A stretch of DNA of 63,462 nucleotides, filler included, from Sphacelaria rigidula (lineage: Eukaryota), in the NCBI GenBank assembly GCA_964200075.2. It is 10 parts of 10 records of this genome, joined end to end, with 100 filler letters (N's around TTAATTAATTAA, not from the genome) between each part and the next. Parts side by side here need not be neighbours in the genome. Positions count along the whole stretch, not along the records: positions 44,495 to 50,750 come from CAXNAA020021195.1; positions 50,851 to 57,106 come from CAXNAA020021196.1; positions 57,207 to 63,462 come from CAXNAA020021197.1; 7 more parts are not named here. One strand, written 5' to 3'. A program made the translations under genes and the position numbers. The notes under the pieces were generated by a model. It did not search any database. It had not been told where the DNA came from and worked only from the letters and a program-made list of their open reading frames with translations. Below are positions 49,960 to 62,790 of the stretch, piece by piece (the stretch's first letter is position 1; each line of letters begins with the position of its first letter).

Positions 49960-50164
49960 CTGTTGGTGCACACGAACACCCGCTTCTTGCACCCCGTACC
50001 AAAGTTGACTTGCGACCATTCCAGCCCCTCCTTCGCGCTGCTCGAGGCAGCTGCCGGCTCACCGCCCTCTACACCCTGCCGTCCGCCTGCTGTAGCGACC
50101 CCACCAGACGACGATGCAGTGGAGGCTTGCTCCCTGTCACCCCCACCTCCTGCTTGCAGCAGTC
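49960..50164 (-). CDS. Thioredoxin-like ferredoxin-domain protein, upstream exon (5' boundary uncertain)
   Basis: ...AKEGLEWSQVNFGTGCKKRVFVCTN(R) ends AACAG|GCGAGA, a GC donor in phase with exon 48510-48608. Confidence 0.7.
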
Positions 50165-50850
50165 CTGATCCCATCGAGGAGGGAGGTGGGGAGGAGGGGG
50201 GGGGGGCGTACTCATAATTCTGCATGCCGTGGTCATAATATCATTGACCTTGCATCCTTACAAAGCCGGGACGGAGCACGCCGAGTTTTCGCCGGACCGG
50301 GCTCGCCCTAGGTGGGGGAGGGGGAGGCTCATGATCTTGCATGCCATGGTCATAACACCATTGACCTTGCGTTCCTACAAAATCGGGACAGAGCACGCCG
50401 GGTTTTCGCCGGGCCAGGCTCGCAATCACCAAGCGCGAAGCGCCGTGGTGTGTTCGGCGTGACGCATGAAGATGAACTGCGTCCTGTTAAGCTTGTTTGA
50501 CCCGAAGCGTACTAATTATCTTGCATTTGGATGACAGCCTACAATGAGTTGCTTCATTTTCTGATCTCGCCATTTCCAGAGACAGCCACGGTCTACACGC
50601 TGCCTCACGGGTGGCTCACAACCTAACAAGGGTCGGACAAATAATGTTTCGTCTGGAAATTACTTGGTTTTAGTATTATGAGTCGACTCGTAACGAATCA
50701 ATCTCTAGGCTTTATTTCAGCGTTGCAACCCGGGTACACGCAGCCCAGACNNNNNNNNNNNNNNNNNNNNNNNNNNNNNNNNNNNNNNNNNNNNTTAATT
50801 AATTAANNNNNNNNNNNNNNNNNNNNNNNNNNNNNNNNNNNNNNNNNNNN

Positions 50851-51117
50851 ATTGGGGCAGCGTGGGCGACAACATATTGCCCGCCCAATATATATTAGGG
50901 TCGCATTGATGAGAAAATATTGACCGGTCGATATATATTGGGTCTGCGTGGGTGACATGTATTGGCCGGTCAATATATATTAGATATTTTAAGTATCGTT
51001 GTACGCTCTGGGAGAGATCCAGACGCGATGGATGCTGGAGCCCGTGCAGATCGGGAAAAGCTTTAAAGGGAGCCGCAGAAGTTCGCGTGCATTACTGCGG
51101 AAAGTTGTCGAGTGCGT

Positions 51118-51149
<32 letters not shown>

Positions 51150-52225
51150 CTGGTTAGAAAATATGGTGACAGAAGAGGCGACCCAGTATATATGCCTCCT
51201 GATACCTATCTGGTCACCGGTGCGGGGCCGCCCATCCCCTTTCCAGCATGTAATATAAATATCTTGGCTAAATATCACGACGACAGAAAACGCATGTCGA
51301 TAGGCGCCTTTTGGTACCCCTGTGGTCGCCAGGGCTGTGTTGCTTATACCCTGGACAATATAGTATGTTTCAATATGATGTCAATACTTTGTATTGGAGC
51401 AAGCGCAAATATTGTCTTTTCAATATATATTGTGTTGAGATGTCCTCGGAGATATTGAAGCAACAACATATATTGCTCGTGTCATGATCATGAAGTAATG
51501 TGTGTCAATATATATATATATATATATATTGTGTGTGCCGGACGTGTATGTATTGAAGTGTCAATATATATTGAGTCGAGGCGATGCGTAGTATATTGTT
51601 ACCATTAGATATATATTGAACGCAAACCATGCAGAAGTATTGTTTTTTCAATATATATATTGCGCACGCTGATCGGATAGCTATTGTGCAGCCAATATAT
51701 ATTGAACACGCTTGCGGAGGAATACATTGAGCATTTTCGGCATGCAAAATACGTCTTTGAATGGCGCCCGCGAACAAAGGACTGCCCATAACACTAATTC
51801 CAATACACTTTCCAATCTATATGTTGAAAATCAATATATTTTGCTACACCAACATGTATGGTGACCGTCGGTTCCCTCGTGTATTGTCCACCCAATATAT
51901 ATTGGCGCTTCGGGTGTCGAGTATATTGAATCGTCAATATATATTGACCTCGGGTGGCAGCAAATATAGTACTCGATAAATATATTTTGGTGCCTTCTCG
52001 CACCAACATATTACTCGGCCAAGATATATTGAGGTGGCGCGTGTCGTGATATATTGTTCGGTCGATATATATTGTATGTTGCGAGCCTTGATATATTGAT
52101 GGCACAATATATATATTGACCCTCTCTCGTGTCACAATATTGCTCGCCCAATATATATTGACGACCCGACGCCTCGATATATTGAGCGGGCAATATATAT
52201 ATATTACATATTGTATTGTCCAGGG
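50851..52225. repeat. AT-rich array of palindromic CAATATATATTG-like motifs; 51348-52225 is bounded by inverted ends (MITE-like)
   Basis: Many AATATATATTG/ATATATTG motifs, with inverted ends CCCTGGACAATA (51348) and TATTGTCCAGGG (52225). Confidence 0.65.
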
Positions 52226-55200
52226 TGTGGTATAGTTGCATTTATGATTGGAGCAGTGGCAGGGGACAGGGGATCCTAGATCGATGGCCCTTTTCTGTGT
52301 GGCCCCTTGCTGTCTGGCTCGTGATCTGTTGAGGATCACCCCGAGATAATAACAAGTTAGAAGAAAGGACTTGTCGAGCACGAGGCCAGTGATACTGGAG
52401 GAGTCCCTCGTTGAAAGTCCTCTTGTCCAGATCGTCCGGCAGAGGCTACACTATCTTGATGTTATTCTCGGCACTTTGTTGGAGAAGTTTGGCTGAGGAG
52501 AAGGGGCCGCAGCTGGAAGCCAGTTTGGCCCGCAGTCGGAAGGAAACCTTCTTGAAGCGCACAGCGGTGGAGGACGCTCCGTGGGCGGGAGGACGCACAA
52601 GTATGGCAAGAGTCTCTCCGTTGAGTGTTTGAATCCTAGACGACATGGCTCAAGCGGCGGCAGCGCCGCTGGTGTTAGGTGAGCAGCTAGACCCGCCAAA
52701 GTATGGCGAGGTGTGTGGACCGAGGGAGCATCAAGGATGTTTTACGCCGCCTATCTTGGTTATGAAGAGCGTCTGTATCTGGCAAATGCGCAAGGAGTCG
52801 TACGGTATGCAAGGGTGAGCATTGGGCAACTTATCCTCACATACATTCACCGGTGCTGTGAAGGCATGTACAAGGGCCGTCGGGCTATGACCCCCGACGA
52901 ATTGCTAGATGCTGTGAAGCAGCATGTCGGGTAAACCACAACCAGCGGCAAGCATGACACTCCGCGGGTTGCATCATACCTACGTAGAGTTTTTACTATG
53001 CCACAAAGCGGTGGAACATCCGTCATGAATAGAGCGATGGTGATTGATTCGCCGATGGAAAATGTTTTCGCTGAAAAACTCACGATGCAAGCCATGTACC
53101 GTGCGGAGGATAGGAGCTGGTTACCAGGCCCGGCCGAGTCGGTTTCCACAGCTTTGGTGAACGGGATTTCGCCTTTGGAGTTCAAGGGTTATGTCCGAAG
53201 TGTACTAACGTATGTTGACGGCCGGAAAAAGAACCCGAACGCGGGGTTCAACAAAATATTTGAGGCCGCCGAACACTGGAAGTTCATTGAGGCGCATGGC
53301 CGGCGCGATTCTGCGGCAAGTGCAGGTGGTGCACGCCGCAAACAACAGCAGGAACAGAAACATAAGCCGTCTTCGCGAGCGTCGTCCACTTGCGCGTGTT
53401 ACAACTGCGGCGACAACGGGCACCTGATTAAGGACTGCCCCAAGCCTCGCGCTCAAGGCGCTGCTCAGGGCAATGCTCGAGATTCATCAGAATCTCGAGG
53501 CGGTCGTCACGGTGGACGGGGCCGTGCGAATCAGGGACGCGGGCGCGGCGGCCGCGGTAGCAAGCAATCGGCGGCAGATGGTGGTTCCTCCGCTGCTGTT
53601 TCTTCCACGACGTCATCAGGTGGTGACTCTGGATCTTATGGTTCGTCCGTGTCGGGGCGCACAGTGTACTTGGGAAATGCAAATACTTCGGTGGGGAGTG
53701 CTGGAGCGAATAGTTCGCAACCCCTCGGCCAGGCAGGATCCGTGTCAGGTGCATTTCCTACTGCTGCGACGGCTGTAGCAATGCTGTCTGCATATTCGGC
53801 GACGTTGTCTGGGTGAACCGCCGATTCTCAATTATCGATGTCAAGTACTGGAGCGCAGCCCTGACGTCAGGTGACTCTTGGTACCGACCAGGGTTCGTCG
53901 GCAGGTGTGGTACCTGTCGATCGCAAGGAACAATGTTTACGCGTAAATCTTTCCTCGCCTGGCTCCGTAGGTTCGTTCAAGGCCCGCGTTGTTCTGGATT
54001 CTGGCTCCGCGCTCACATCGATCGGTGCGCGGTTGCTGGAACAATTGTCGTCGCAGTTTGGCGGCGCTCAGCTGCAGATTCCGTTCGAAAATGGACCGCA
54101 AATGGCACAGACCGCCACGGTTGCTCCCGTGTTACACATAAAACGGTGCCGATAGCTGCCAGTGTGCGTACGCCGTGGGGGGCTGTGTAGTTGCAGCCCA
54201 TCACTTTCGCTGTCATACCCGACAGGGACGACGAGGTTATGTTTGGGATGGCGACGATGAAGGAGCCCGGGATTGATTTGTATCCACTGGCGTTGTATAA
54301 GTTACGCCCGCGTACTGTGCCGGTGCAAACCGGCGTGGGAAAGCCCAGATATTTTGCTGCAAGGCGTGTGACCGTATCCATGCGGTCGTTCCAGAGAACC
54401 AATGATTAGGGGGCTCCTGCGGATGAAGCGGTGGGGTGCTTGGTCGATCGGTGGCCCGACATGTTCATGGACCCAGCAGAGGAGAAAGATGCTAGAGAAC
54501 GTGCGCTAGAGGATAGCGTGCAGCAAGCCGAGTAGAAGGGCCTGAGCGCCGACGGGGCATACCGTCTGCGATATTTTGGCTCATCGCGTGGATACGTTTC
54601 GTCGTGCGCTGCGTGGTGATCCGCCAACGCGCGTGGAGCCCATGAGGGTGCAACTCAAGCCACAGGCAAAGGCTGTGAAGGCCAAGCCCCGACGTTACGA
54701 TCCGGTGAAGACCGGGTGTCTTGCCTCATGCATCGCAGCTTCGGTGGCGTTTGGTTCAGTGGTTAGGAACGTCCAGGCTGTGTGGGCGAGTCCGGCGATG
54801 GCGGTGCCGAAACGGGACATATTCCGTTTGGTCAGCGACTATCAGGCGGTGAATGCGCAGATGGAAGAGTCTTTGGGGGTGATGTCAAGCCATGAAGACA
54901 TGCGGGGGTTGCTGGGAGCCCACTGCTCCGGCAAGTTGGACCTGCTCCAGGGGTATTCGCAGATGCTTCTGGCGCCGGAAGCTCAGGAGATCTTCACGAT
55001 CGTCGCGCCTGACGCTTTGTTTTTCCCTACTCGTGCCCCGCAGGGCGTGTTGAATGCCACGGCGTATTTCCAAGGTGTGCTGACTGACATTTTGCGAGGT
55101 CTAAACTGTAAAGTGTGGGTGGATGATGCTTTCTTTTTTGCTGAAACCGAAGAAGCATTGTTAGCTTTGCTTGACGAAATTCTTGGCCGCCTGGAGAGTG

Positions 55201-57106
55201 TTGGTCTGTTCGTCGCTGCACATAAGTACACCTTTTTCGCCCGCGAAGTAATTTGATGTGGTAAGGTGTACTCAAAGGGTACTGTTTCGCATGATCCCGT
55301 CCACATCCAAGGTTTGAGCAATATGCGACGTCCACAAACCGTTAGTGGGGTGATGCAATGTCTGCAGGCGGTGAATTGGTTGCGGACTTCGCTTCCGCGC
55401 ATGGCGGAGGTAGTTGCGCCGCTTTGTGTGTTTTTGGAACAACTTATGGCCGGGGCTTCGCGTCGGACCAAGCGGGTGGCGCGTAATCGTATCATCCCGG
55501 AGGACGCTGGGGCGGAGGATCGTATGCATGGCGTGCTACGCAAGATTCGGATTTCCACTGTGGTAGTTTTTTATCGCAAGTGCCTGTCGCCAAGTGTTGT
55601 AGTGGCATTGCGCTTGAAAACATGCCACACGAACCATTGGCTTTTCTGAGTGATAGCTTCAAGGTTTCACAGTTGCGGTGGGCGACAGTGGACAAAGAAG
55701 GTTTCGCGATAGTCATTACATTTCGAAGGCTAAAGTGCTTGCTTCGAGGTGGTGTTCGCATTTTCACCGATCATCGCAATCTGAAATACAGTTTTAACCA
55801 CGAAGAGTGTGTCACATCGGTGACGAAGGCCATGGCGCAACGGCTTGAAAATTGGAAAGGAGTGTTCGGCCAAGATCGGTATGCCGTTGAACACATTCCT
55901 GGAGAGCTCAATTGTTGGGAAGATTTGCTGTCTCGCTGGGTGAAGGTTCCTACCGTTCCTGTTCGTTCTGTTGCCGTGTACAGCCCGTGTGATGCCGATG
56001 ATTCGCTGCCATCGTTAGATGTCACTAGTACCGCGCAGTGCAAAACAGTCGGCGACGGTGTTCATTTTTTTCCCACGACTTTTGGTCAAGCTGCCTTTGC
56101 TGACGATGGTTTGTTTCGCGTGCATGTTGGCAGTAGTGATGTTTTCTGGATTCCGTGGGATGACAGGGTTCTACAAACTCGCTAGATGGTGTGTGCTCAC
56201 GTGCGATCGGCTGGTCACCGTGGTGTGGCGCCTACTCTGTTTCGTTTGAAAGAATACTGTATGTGGCCTCATGTGGATTCCCATGCTCGCGATTTCGTTC
56301 GCCAGTGTTTGCATTGTATAGACACTCGTGCTGGTGCGATTGTACCTCGTCCTTACGGTGATACTGTCTGTGCATGGTACAGCTCCAGGTGAAGTTTTTC
56401 ACCTCGATTTTTTGTACGTCGGAAGTAGCGGCCCTGAAGGTGCTAATGGTTTGCCTGATGAGGATGGATTTCTGTACGTTGTGGTGAACATGGATTATTT
56501 GTCCAATTTCGTTTGGTTGGAGTCGACCGAGGCTTGCACCGCCGAGGTTACGGCTAAGCGCTTGATGCATCGGTGCAAGACTTTGAGGGTGTCGCGTGTG
56601 TGGGTTAGTGATGCCGCCACGCACTTCAAGAATCGAGTAATCGCGCAGCTGAGCGATGCGCTGAAGGTGCAACACCAATTTGCTGTTGCGTATACCCCCT
56701 GGTCGAATGGTGCTTGTGAACGCATGGTGGAAGAGGTTGTTCGTGCGTTGCGGTCCATTTTGTTAAAACAAAGACAGCCGGCGTTTGAATGGGTCGATGT
56801 TTTTCAGCCCCTCGGTGGGCGTTGAATACTTCTCTTGTGTGGCGTTTGGGCGTGCGCCACGCACAGCGTTTTCCGCGCTAACTTCTGTCACTGGCGGCGA
56901 GTGGAACGTCGATGTCATGGATGCTGATACGTTGCGTGACAAGGTCCGAGGCGTGGTTGACGAGCAAGTGCGGTTTTGTAGCGAAGTGTAAGCTGCTGTC
57001 GCGGTGTCTCGCGAAACCAAACGCAAGCTTTCTCAGAGCCAGGCTGTGTTGCCCAAGTTTGCAGTTGGAGATTTCGCCTTGTATGCCCGTGTTCGTAGGC
57101 AAGGTG
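52226..57106 (+). mobile_element. Ty3/Gypsy LTR retrotransposon, degenerate, 3' end lost at contig edge; putative short 5' LTR at 52226-52354
   Basis: Gag CCHC knuckle CYNCGDNGHLIKDC, protease VVLDSGS, RT WASP...LDLLQGYSQ...PQG...VWVDD, RNase H DKEGFAI...FTDHRNL and integrase GHRG...CLHC...VSDAATHF...NGACER, in Gypsy order with many stops and frameshifts. Confidence 0.93.
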
Positions 57107-57277
57107 NNNNNNNNNNNNNNNNNNNNNNNNNNNNNNNNNNNNNNNNNNNNTTAATTAATTAANNNNNNNNNNNNNNNNNNNNNNNNNNNNNNNNNNNNNN
57201 NNNNNNATTTTAATCCTCCGGGTTCTCATCCTCAATGAAAATCTCCATCCTCAACATAGGTGATCCGCTGTTTTTAG

Positions 57278-57378
57278 CCCTTTGACGGCGAGAGTAGGTC
57301 ACCTGTTGAATCGGCATCAGTAGTTTCACTTGAGAAAAGTATGCATGATCCACGTTGACTACCCTCGCGGTCTAAGGG
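57278..57378. mobile_element. 101-bp piggyBac-like MITE with TTAG flanks
   Basis: TIRs CCCTTTGACGGCGAGAGTAG / CTACCCTCGCGGTCTAAGGG, with TTAG at 57274-57277 and 57379-57382. Confidence 0.65.
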
Positions 57379-57472
57379 TTAGGGTACTCTATGACGCACG
57401 TCGAGTGATGCCCCCTCATCACTAGTTTTTCACCGGAAATCGATAATGACTCGTACGAAAATGGAACACCTG

Positions 57473-57921
57473 GAACAGTGTGAAATAGAAGTGTAGGATG
57501 AACGATATCTATCTGTAGTAGGATGAGATGCTGAAAACTAAGAATCGTCATATGTTCCGCAGAACGAAACGAAGTCCACCAATATTTTTTCGGTACGTTT
57601 GTGGTACAAAATATGAGCGCGTCACAGAAAATTGAGGGTTTTCACGGAATATCGAGGGTCCTGAAGCAAAAAACAGTTTGTTGACATTTCCACGCACACG
57701 CGTTTGCACGGAAATGTCAAAAATACGGTTTTAGCTCTAGGACACTGAGAATTGAGCAAATCTCCTCATTTTTTTGTGACGTGCTTGTAATTGGTACCAC
57801 AAACGTACCGAAGAAAAATTGATGGACGTCGTTTTGTTTTGCGGGAGATATGGCGATCCTCAATTTTCAGAATCTCATCCTATAGATATCGTTCATCCTA
57901 CACTGTTATTTCACACCGTTC
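57473..57921. mobile_element. Foldback MITE (~450 bp) nested in another repeat
   Basis: Near-complete palindrome GAACAGTGTGAAATA...TATTTCACACCGTTC. Its flanks join to match the uninterrupted repeat at ~62795-62905. Confidence 0.8.
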
Positions 57922-58177
57922 TGGGACGTTTTAGACCTTCTCCTTTGGCACAAATGTTTATGAGACTAGTGCGGTCCGCTTTGAAAAAAGAATAACAATG
58001 CGGGGATGGGAATGGCCTATCCTCTAGTTTTCGGAACATTTTTGGACATCAAGTCTATGATTGGTAACGCCGTACCCGACGAAAACGTTTTTTTCTTCTT
58101 CTACTTCATTAACGCATCGAAATACGTTTCGACAGTAATGTCCCAAAATTTGATGTCCATGCGTCACGATTAAGGTA

Positions 58178-61100
58178 TGTGACGCGAGTAGGTTGCTAGT
58201 ACTGCAGTGTCTAAATGCTGTTGAGGGACTCCCCAGTTCCACTGGCCTCAAGGTCTTCGTTGTCAGCCTTCACAACACCTTATCATTCCCGGAGTAAACA
58301 GCTGCAGCCCCGTACCGTCAGGCTTGGGCTACACAGCAAGGGTCATCATCCACAGGATGCCCTTGTCCCCTGGTCATCATCCAGGATCCACTATATACTC
58401 AACGTGACGGCGTGATTTCGCCACAGCACCCCCAAAGCGCGTTGGACGAGGAACGAGCAACAAGCTTGACACTAAAAAAACTAACGCCAAAACGATTGAG
58501 CAAGTCGCAACTGAATCCCACTATCGGCGTACGATCATAACGACGTCGGTACACTGTATTGAGCGCCCATTGCACCGGCGGCAACACGCCCACCCACTCG
58601 GAAACCGCTCTACGCTGCTTGAGAAGAACAGATCGAAGAACGAAGTACGTCCTTGACCATGCGTTCGCACATACCGTCAGACCACGGAGAATACGCTACC
58701 ACAAACTGGTGATCAACGCGCAAAGCCTCTCGCAATCGGGCCAAGATCGCTTTCTTGAAATACGTGTCGGCATCACTCACCCACACACGGGGCACCCCCA
58801 AAGTTTTGCACCAATTCAGAAAAGACGCAGCAGTTGATTCAGCAGTACACACTGCTACTGGTTCCAGAGCCACAAAGTTGCTCAAATCATCCATGATTAC
58901 CAAAATGTATCGAAACCCCGCATCCTCCGATAAACCTTGGGAAGCTAGCGCGCCATTCACGTCCACGTACAAGAGGTCAAGATGAACGACTTCATTCGGC
59001 GTGGTCCCATGGACCGTTTCGCCGAGCGTGCGGGGAACAACATCGCCCGCCCTCGAGTCAGCACAGTGAAGACACTGGCGGACAATTTTTCGCACATGAG
59101 TTTCTATCCCCTGTCAGACACAAAACTCTTGCAAGCGCACGAGCGTCGCAGCCACACCACGATACCCAGCGTCGCGCATGTGCGCGCAAATCATCAGACG
59201 TACCTGCAACAGTTAACTGGTTGTCAGAACTCGGAATCCACAAAACGTTTCGGCCACGCACATGCACGCGAAACAGACCTTCATTATCCAAGATAGCAGT
59301 ACCAACGTCCGACTCGAAAGATAAGACATCCGCATCGTCGGCCCCAAGGTATTTTCGTTGCGCTTGGCGAACAACAGATTTGGACGGCATCGAGTCATCA
59401 GGTTCGCACGGACCATACACAGCCACAGTACGCGCAGGCAAAGTGGGAACATTTACCCAGCGCGACAGCAAGTCATCCCACGCGTTACGTTCACCCCAAA
59501 TCTGACCAATTGTGTACCGATATTGGCCTAGTACACCTTTCCACCCCTCCGATCGCTGTGCCAACGCTCTCGACACAGACGTCACGCATGCCTCCGGGTT
59601 GAAAATGTACGCTAGATTTCGATGATCCGTGAAAATGTGTACGCCATTCCACAATAGATGCTCAAGACGACGAAAAGTGCGATAGCAAAACCTTCCTTGT
59701 CAATGGTTGCCCAACGCATCTGTGAACCCTTGAAATTACCTCTCAGAAAAGCCAGCGGTTCATGCGTCATGTCTTCAACCGGCAACCGTTGTTGCATTTT
59801 TGCATCAGGTACCTGCATTACAAACTACCCCAATGGCACTCAAATGCATCCGGAAACATTGACACCTGACAATCAGGACGAGGATGGGGCAACGTCACTG
59901 CATCAGCCATCAGATCCTTCGCTGCCGCCCATGCCTGCAGCCTGCCCTCCGTCCACGATGCAGCCTTCTTCGGAAACCCCATATCTGGACTGGACCACCC
60001 CGCCTGCAAATTCCGTGACACCAACCCGAGCGCCAAAAGAGCCGCCATGCACAATGCCAACCAACTCGGCTTCACTGGATCGTACCGCCGCGGCTTCGTC
60101 TTCACCGCGGACGCCCCAGGTTCTAGCTGAACACGCATGGGCTCCACGCGCGCAGGGGGATCAACCCGCAGCGCACGACGAAACGTGTTGACGCGGCAAT
60201 GCAATATGCCGCGCAGGCGCTCCGCTTTTGAGACGCTGAGGTTTTTCGCCCCAGCATCCGTCACGCTCTCCTCTGGCGCGACTTTCCGAGCGGACTCCTC
60301 TTCCGCCGGATCAATAAATATCTCCGCGTCGCGCTCTACCAAGCGTTCCACAGCCGCACCCCGCTCCTCGGTCACCTGCCCTCCATCCTCCTGAAAAGCA
60401 TCCACCGACAAGCTCACGCGACGACTGCCCAAAACGGCGCGCGTCTCTTAGCGTGGACCAGGCGGAGACATCCGCGTCTTCATGGAGTCTCACAACCGCC
60501 GAGCGTTGACTCCCATATCCTGAACCATCGGCAACCCCAGAAGAATAACGCCATCCGACTCCGGCATGATCGCAAACGAGATAGGAGGCAACTGCGCCGG
60601 CCCCCAGGAAGTCATCAAAGTCAGCTGCAGCGGAACAGTACTCTCTGTGACGTAAACATGCTGACCCGACGCGGTGACGGCCTGCCGCGCCCCGAGCGAA
60701 GATGGAGTGGGCAGCGGCACACCCGGGAGAAGACGCTCCAACATCTCTACAATCTGTACCGTCAGACTCGCATGACCCGTCCAGTGGGCGCCAGAATCTC
60801 ACTTAGCCTCTACCGCAATGGCTCCCAGCGCCTGGTGATTCGGGAGATATATCTCTGCAGGAATGCATTTGCCTTGATACTCGACCGGCACCTGCTCCGC
60901 CAACTGATGGGTCGTGATCTCCACTTGACGCCACGCATGCGCGCGCGGCGCAGGCATAGACGCCCCCGCTGGGGTCACCGGCACCACCGGCGGGTACGAA
61001 GCCCCGCCCACAGAACCAAATTGTAGCGGTACTCCGGCCGACGCAGCTGCGGATCCAAATTTTAGCTGAGCACCGGCCGGCTCCGCAGCAGGCGTCTCGC

Positions 61101-62790
61101 CTTGCTCTGGTGCCGGCGGCGCCGGCACCGAGCCCGACACTAGAGAGGTCGGTCCCACCTGCACCGCCCGTTGTGGAGCAGCAGCCCCTGCGGCTGAGCC
61201 GGACCCAGAACTGGACCTTTGCTGACGCCGCTGCTGCTGCTGCTGCTGCTGCTGTTGGGAACTCGACTGTACACCTCCACCGCTGGATGATCCGCCTCCG
61301 CCACCACCCCGATTACCTTTCTCTCCTTTGTGATTGCGAGGGCGCGCGGTGCTCGTCTGCCCAGACTCCCCCTCAAAAGGCGTTGGATACTTCCGTGCGT
61401 AGTGGCCTACCTGGCCACACTGATAGCAAGTAATATTGGCGGCGGCACTGCCTGCGGATTTTGATCAGCGGTTACGCGAGCTCGAAGAATGCGGCGACGA
61501 AGTGGATGATTTTCCGAATACTTCGACCCGCCGCCATGCCTGAGCTTCAGCCACCACGGTATCTATAACTAAATACGGGTCCGACTTCCAGTTTGTTTCG
61601 TGCCGTAACTGCACAAGCACGACCTGCTTAAATTCCGCCAGTGCCAGACCCTCTACCATCGCTTTCGTGACCACCGCAGCGGGCCCTGGGCAAAATTTCC
61701 CATCGGAGGAACGATAAACCATCTCTACGTTGGGAGTTCCCGAAAAATACGTCTCCCACTTGCCCATTATGGGCTCCACCCTCTCACGCATGGTCCTCCC
61801 CTTGTGGTTCATTGCGATAGCCCTCGCCACGGCCGCGGACGCCTGTGTAAGCTCTACCTCCGCGCCTGTCGTATGCCCTGCGTGCTTCTTTCTCGCTGCG
61901 GCCAACTGCTGCGGCGTTATGGTATGCTTTTCATGGAACCTTCTCGCGAAGACGCGTTAGAGGGGGGTAGGCACGAGTTGCGCCATAGAAACCACCTGAT
62001 GCCTTACCGCACCCCCCGCATTCGCATGCTCCACCCCCCTCTTGCATTCCACGTATTTGGTGTAGAACGAACGAGAAGCACCCTCAGAATACAAATTCCC
62101 GTAAGTGGGCGGCCGTAACTCTCCCCTTAGAACGACTGGGATTACAGTCGCCTCCGCTGGTTCTATTGCCGGTACCTCGATAGGCGACATTCTCGAGCGA
62201 AAAATCGAAGATTTCTGAAATCTTCTCGAACTTACAATTCACACCTGCCTTCTTCGCCGCTTCACACAGCCCCGGGATCCTATAAACACCCGCTGCACGC
62301 AGCTCCAGCAAGTCTCCAGTCTGGATCAATCACGAGCCAGCCGCCTTTGCAGCCACCTCAGCTTGAAACCTCCTCACGCGTCCGTGAAGCTCTATGCCCG
62401 AAGCTCTCACAAGCTGTCCAGACTCCTACCTGCTGAAAATTTTCCAGCAGTCTCCTAACGATAGCACTCCTAGCACTCCTAGCACTCCTAGCACTCCTAG
62501 CACTCCTAGCACTACTAGTACTCCTAGCACTAATATCGATATTGTGACGCCAGCAGGTTGCTAGTACTGCAGCGTCTAAATGCTGTTGAGGGACTTCCCA
62601 GTTCCACTGGCCTCAAGGTCTCAGTTGTCAGCCTTCACAACACCTTATCATTCCCGGAGTAAACAGCTGCAGCCCCGTACCGTCAGGCCTGGGCTACACA
62701 GCAAGAGTTATCATCCACAGGATGCTCTTGTCCCCTGGTCATCATCCAGGATCCACTATATACTCAACGTGACGGCGTGATTTCGCCACA
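58178..62790 (-). mobile_element. Ty3/Gypsy LTR retrotransposon with both LTRs, internally deleted (RT core missing) and degenerate
   Basis: 248-bp LTRs at 58178-58425 and 62543-62790 (TG...CA), TSD GGTA. Contains a gag knuckle remnant CYQCGQVGH, protease DSGA, RNase H FTDHRNL and integrase CLHC...VSDADTYF. Same clade as the contig-9 element. Confidence 0.95.
62462..62531. repeat. 9-bp tandem repeat (TAGCACTCC)n in the Gypsy 5' leader
   Basis: About 7-8 imperfect units, starting 11 bp inside the 5' LTR boundary. Confidence 0.9.

Noticed and set aside
50851..52225. CRISPR-like repeat-spacer array
   Set aside because: The repeats are only ~10-12 bp, AT-only, irregularly spaced and bounded by TIR-like ends, which fits transposon subterminal motifs better.
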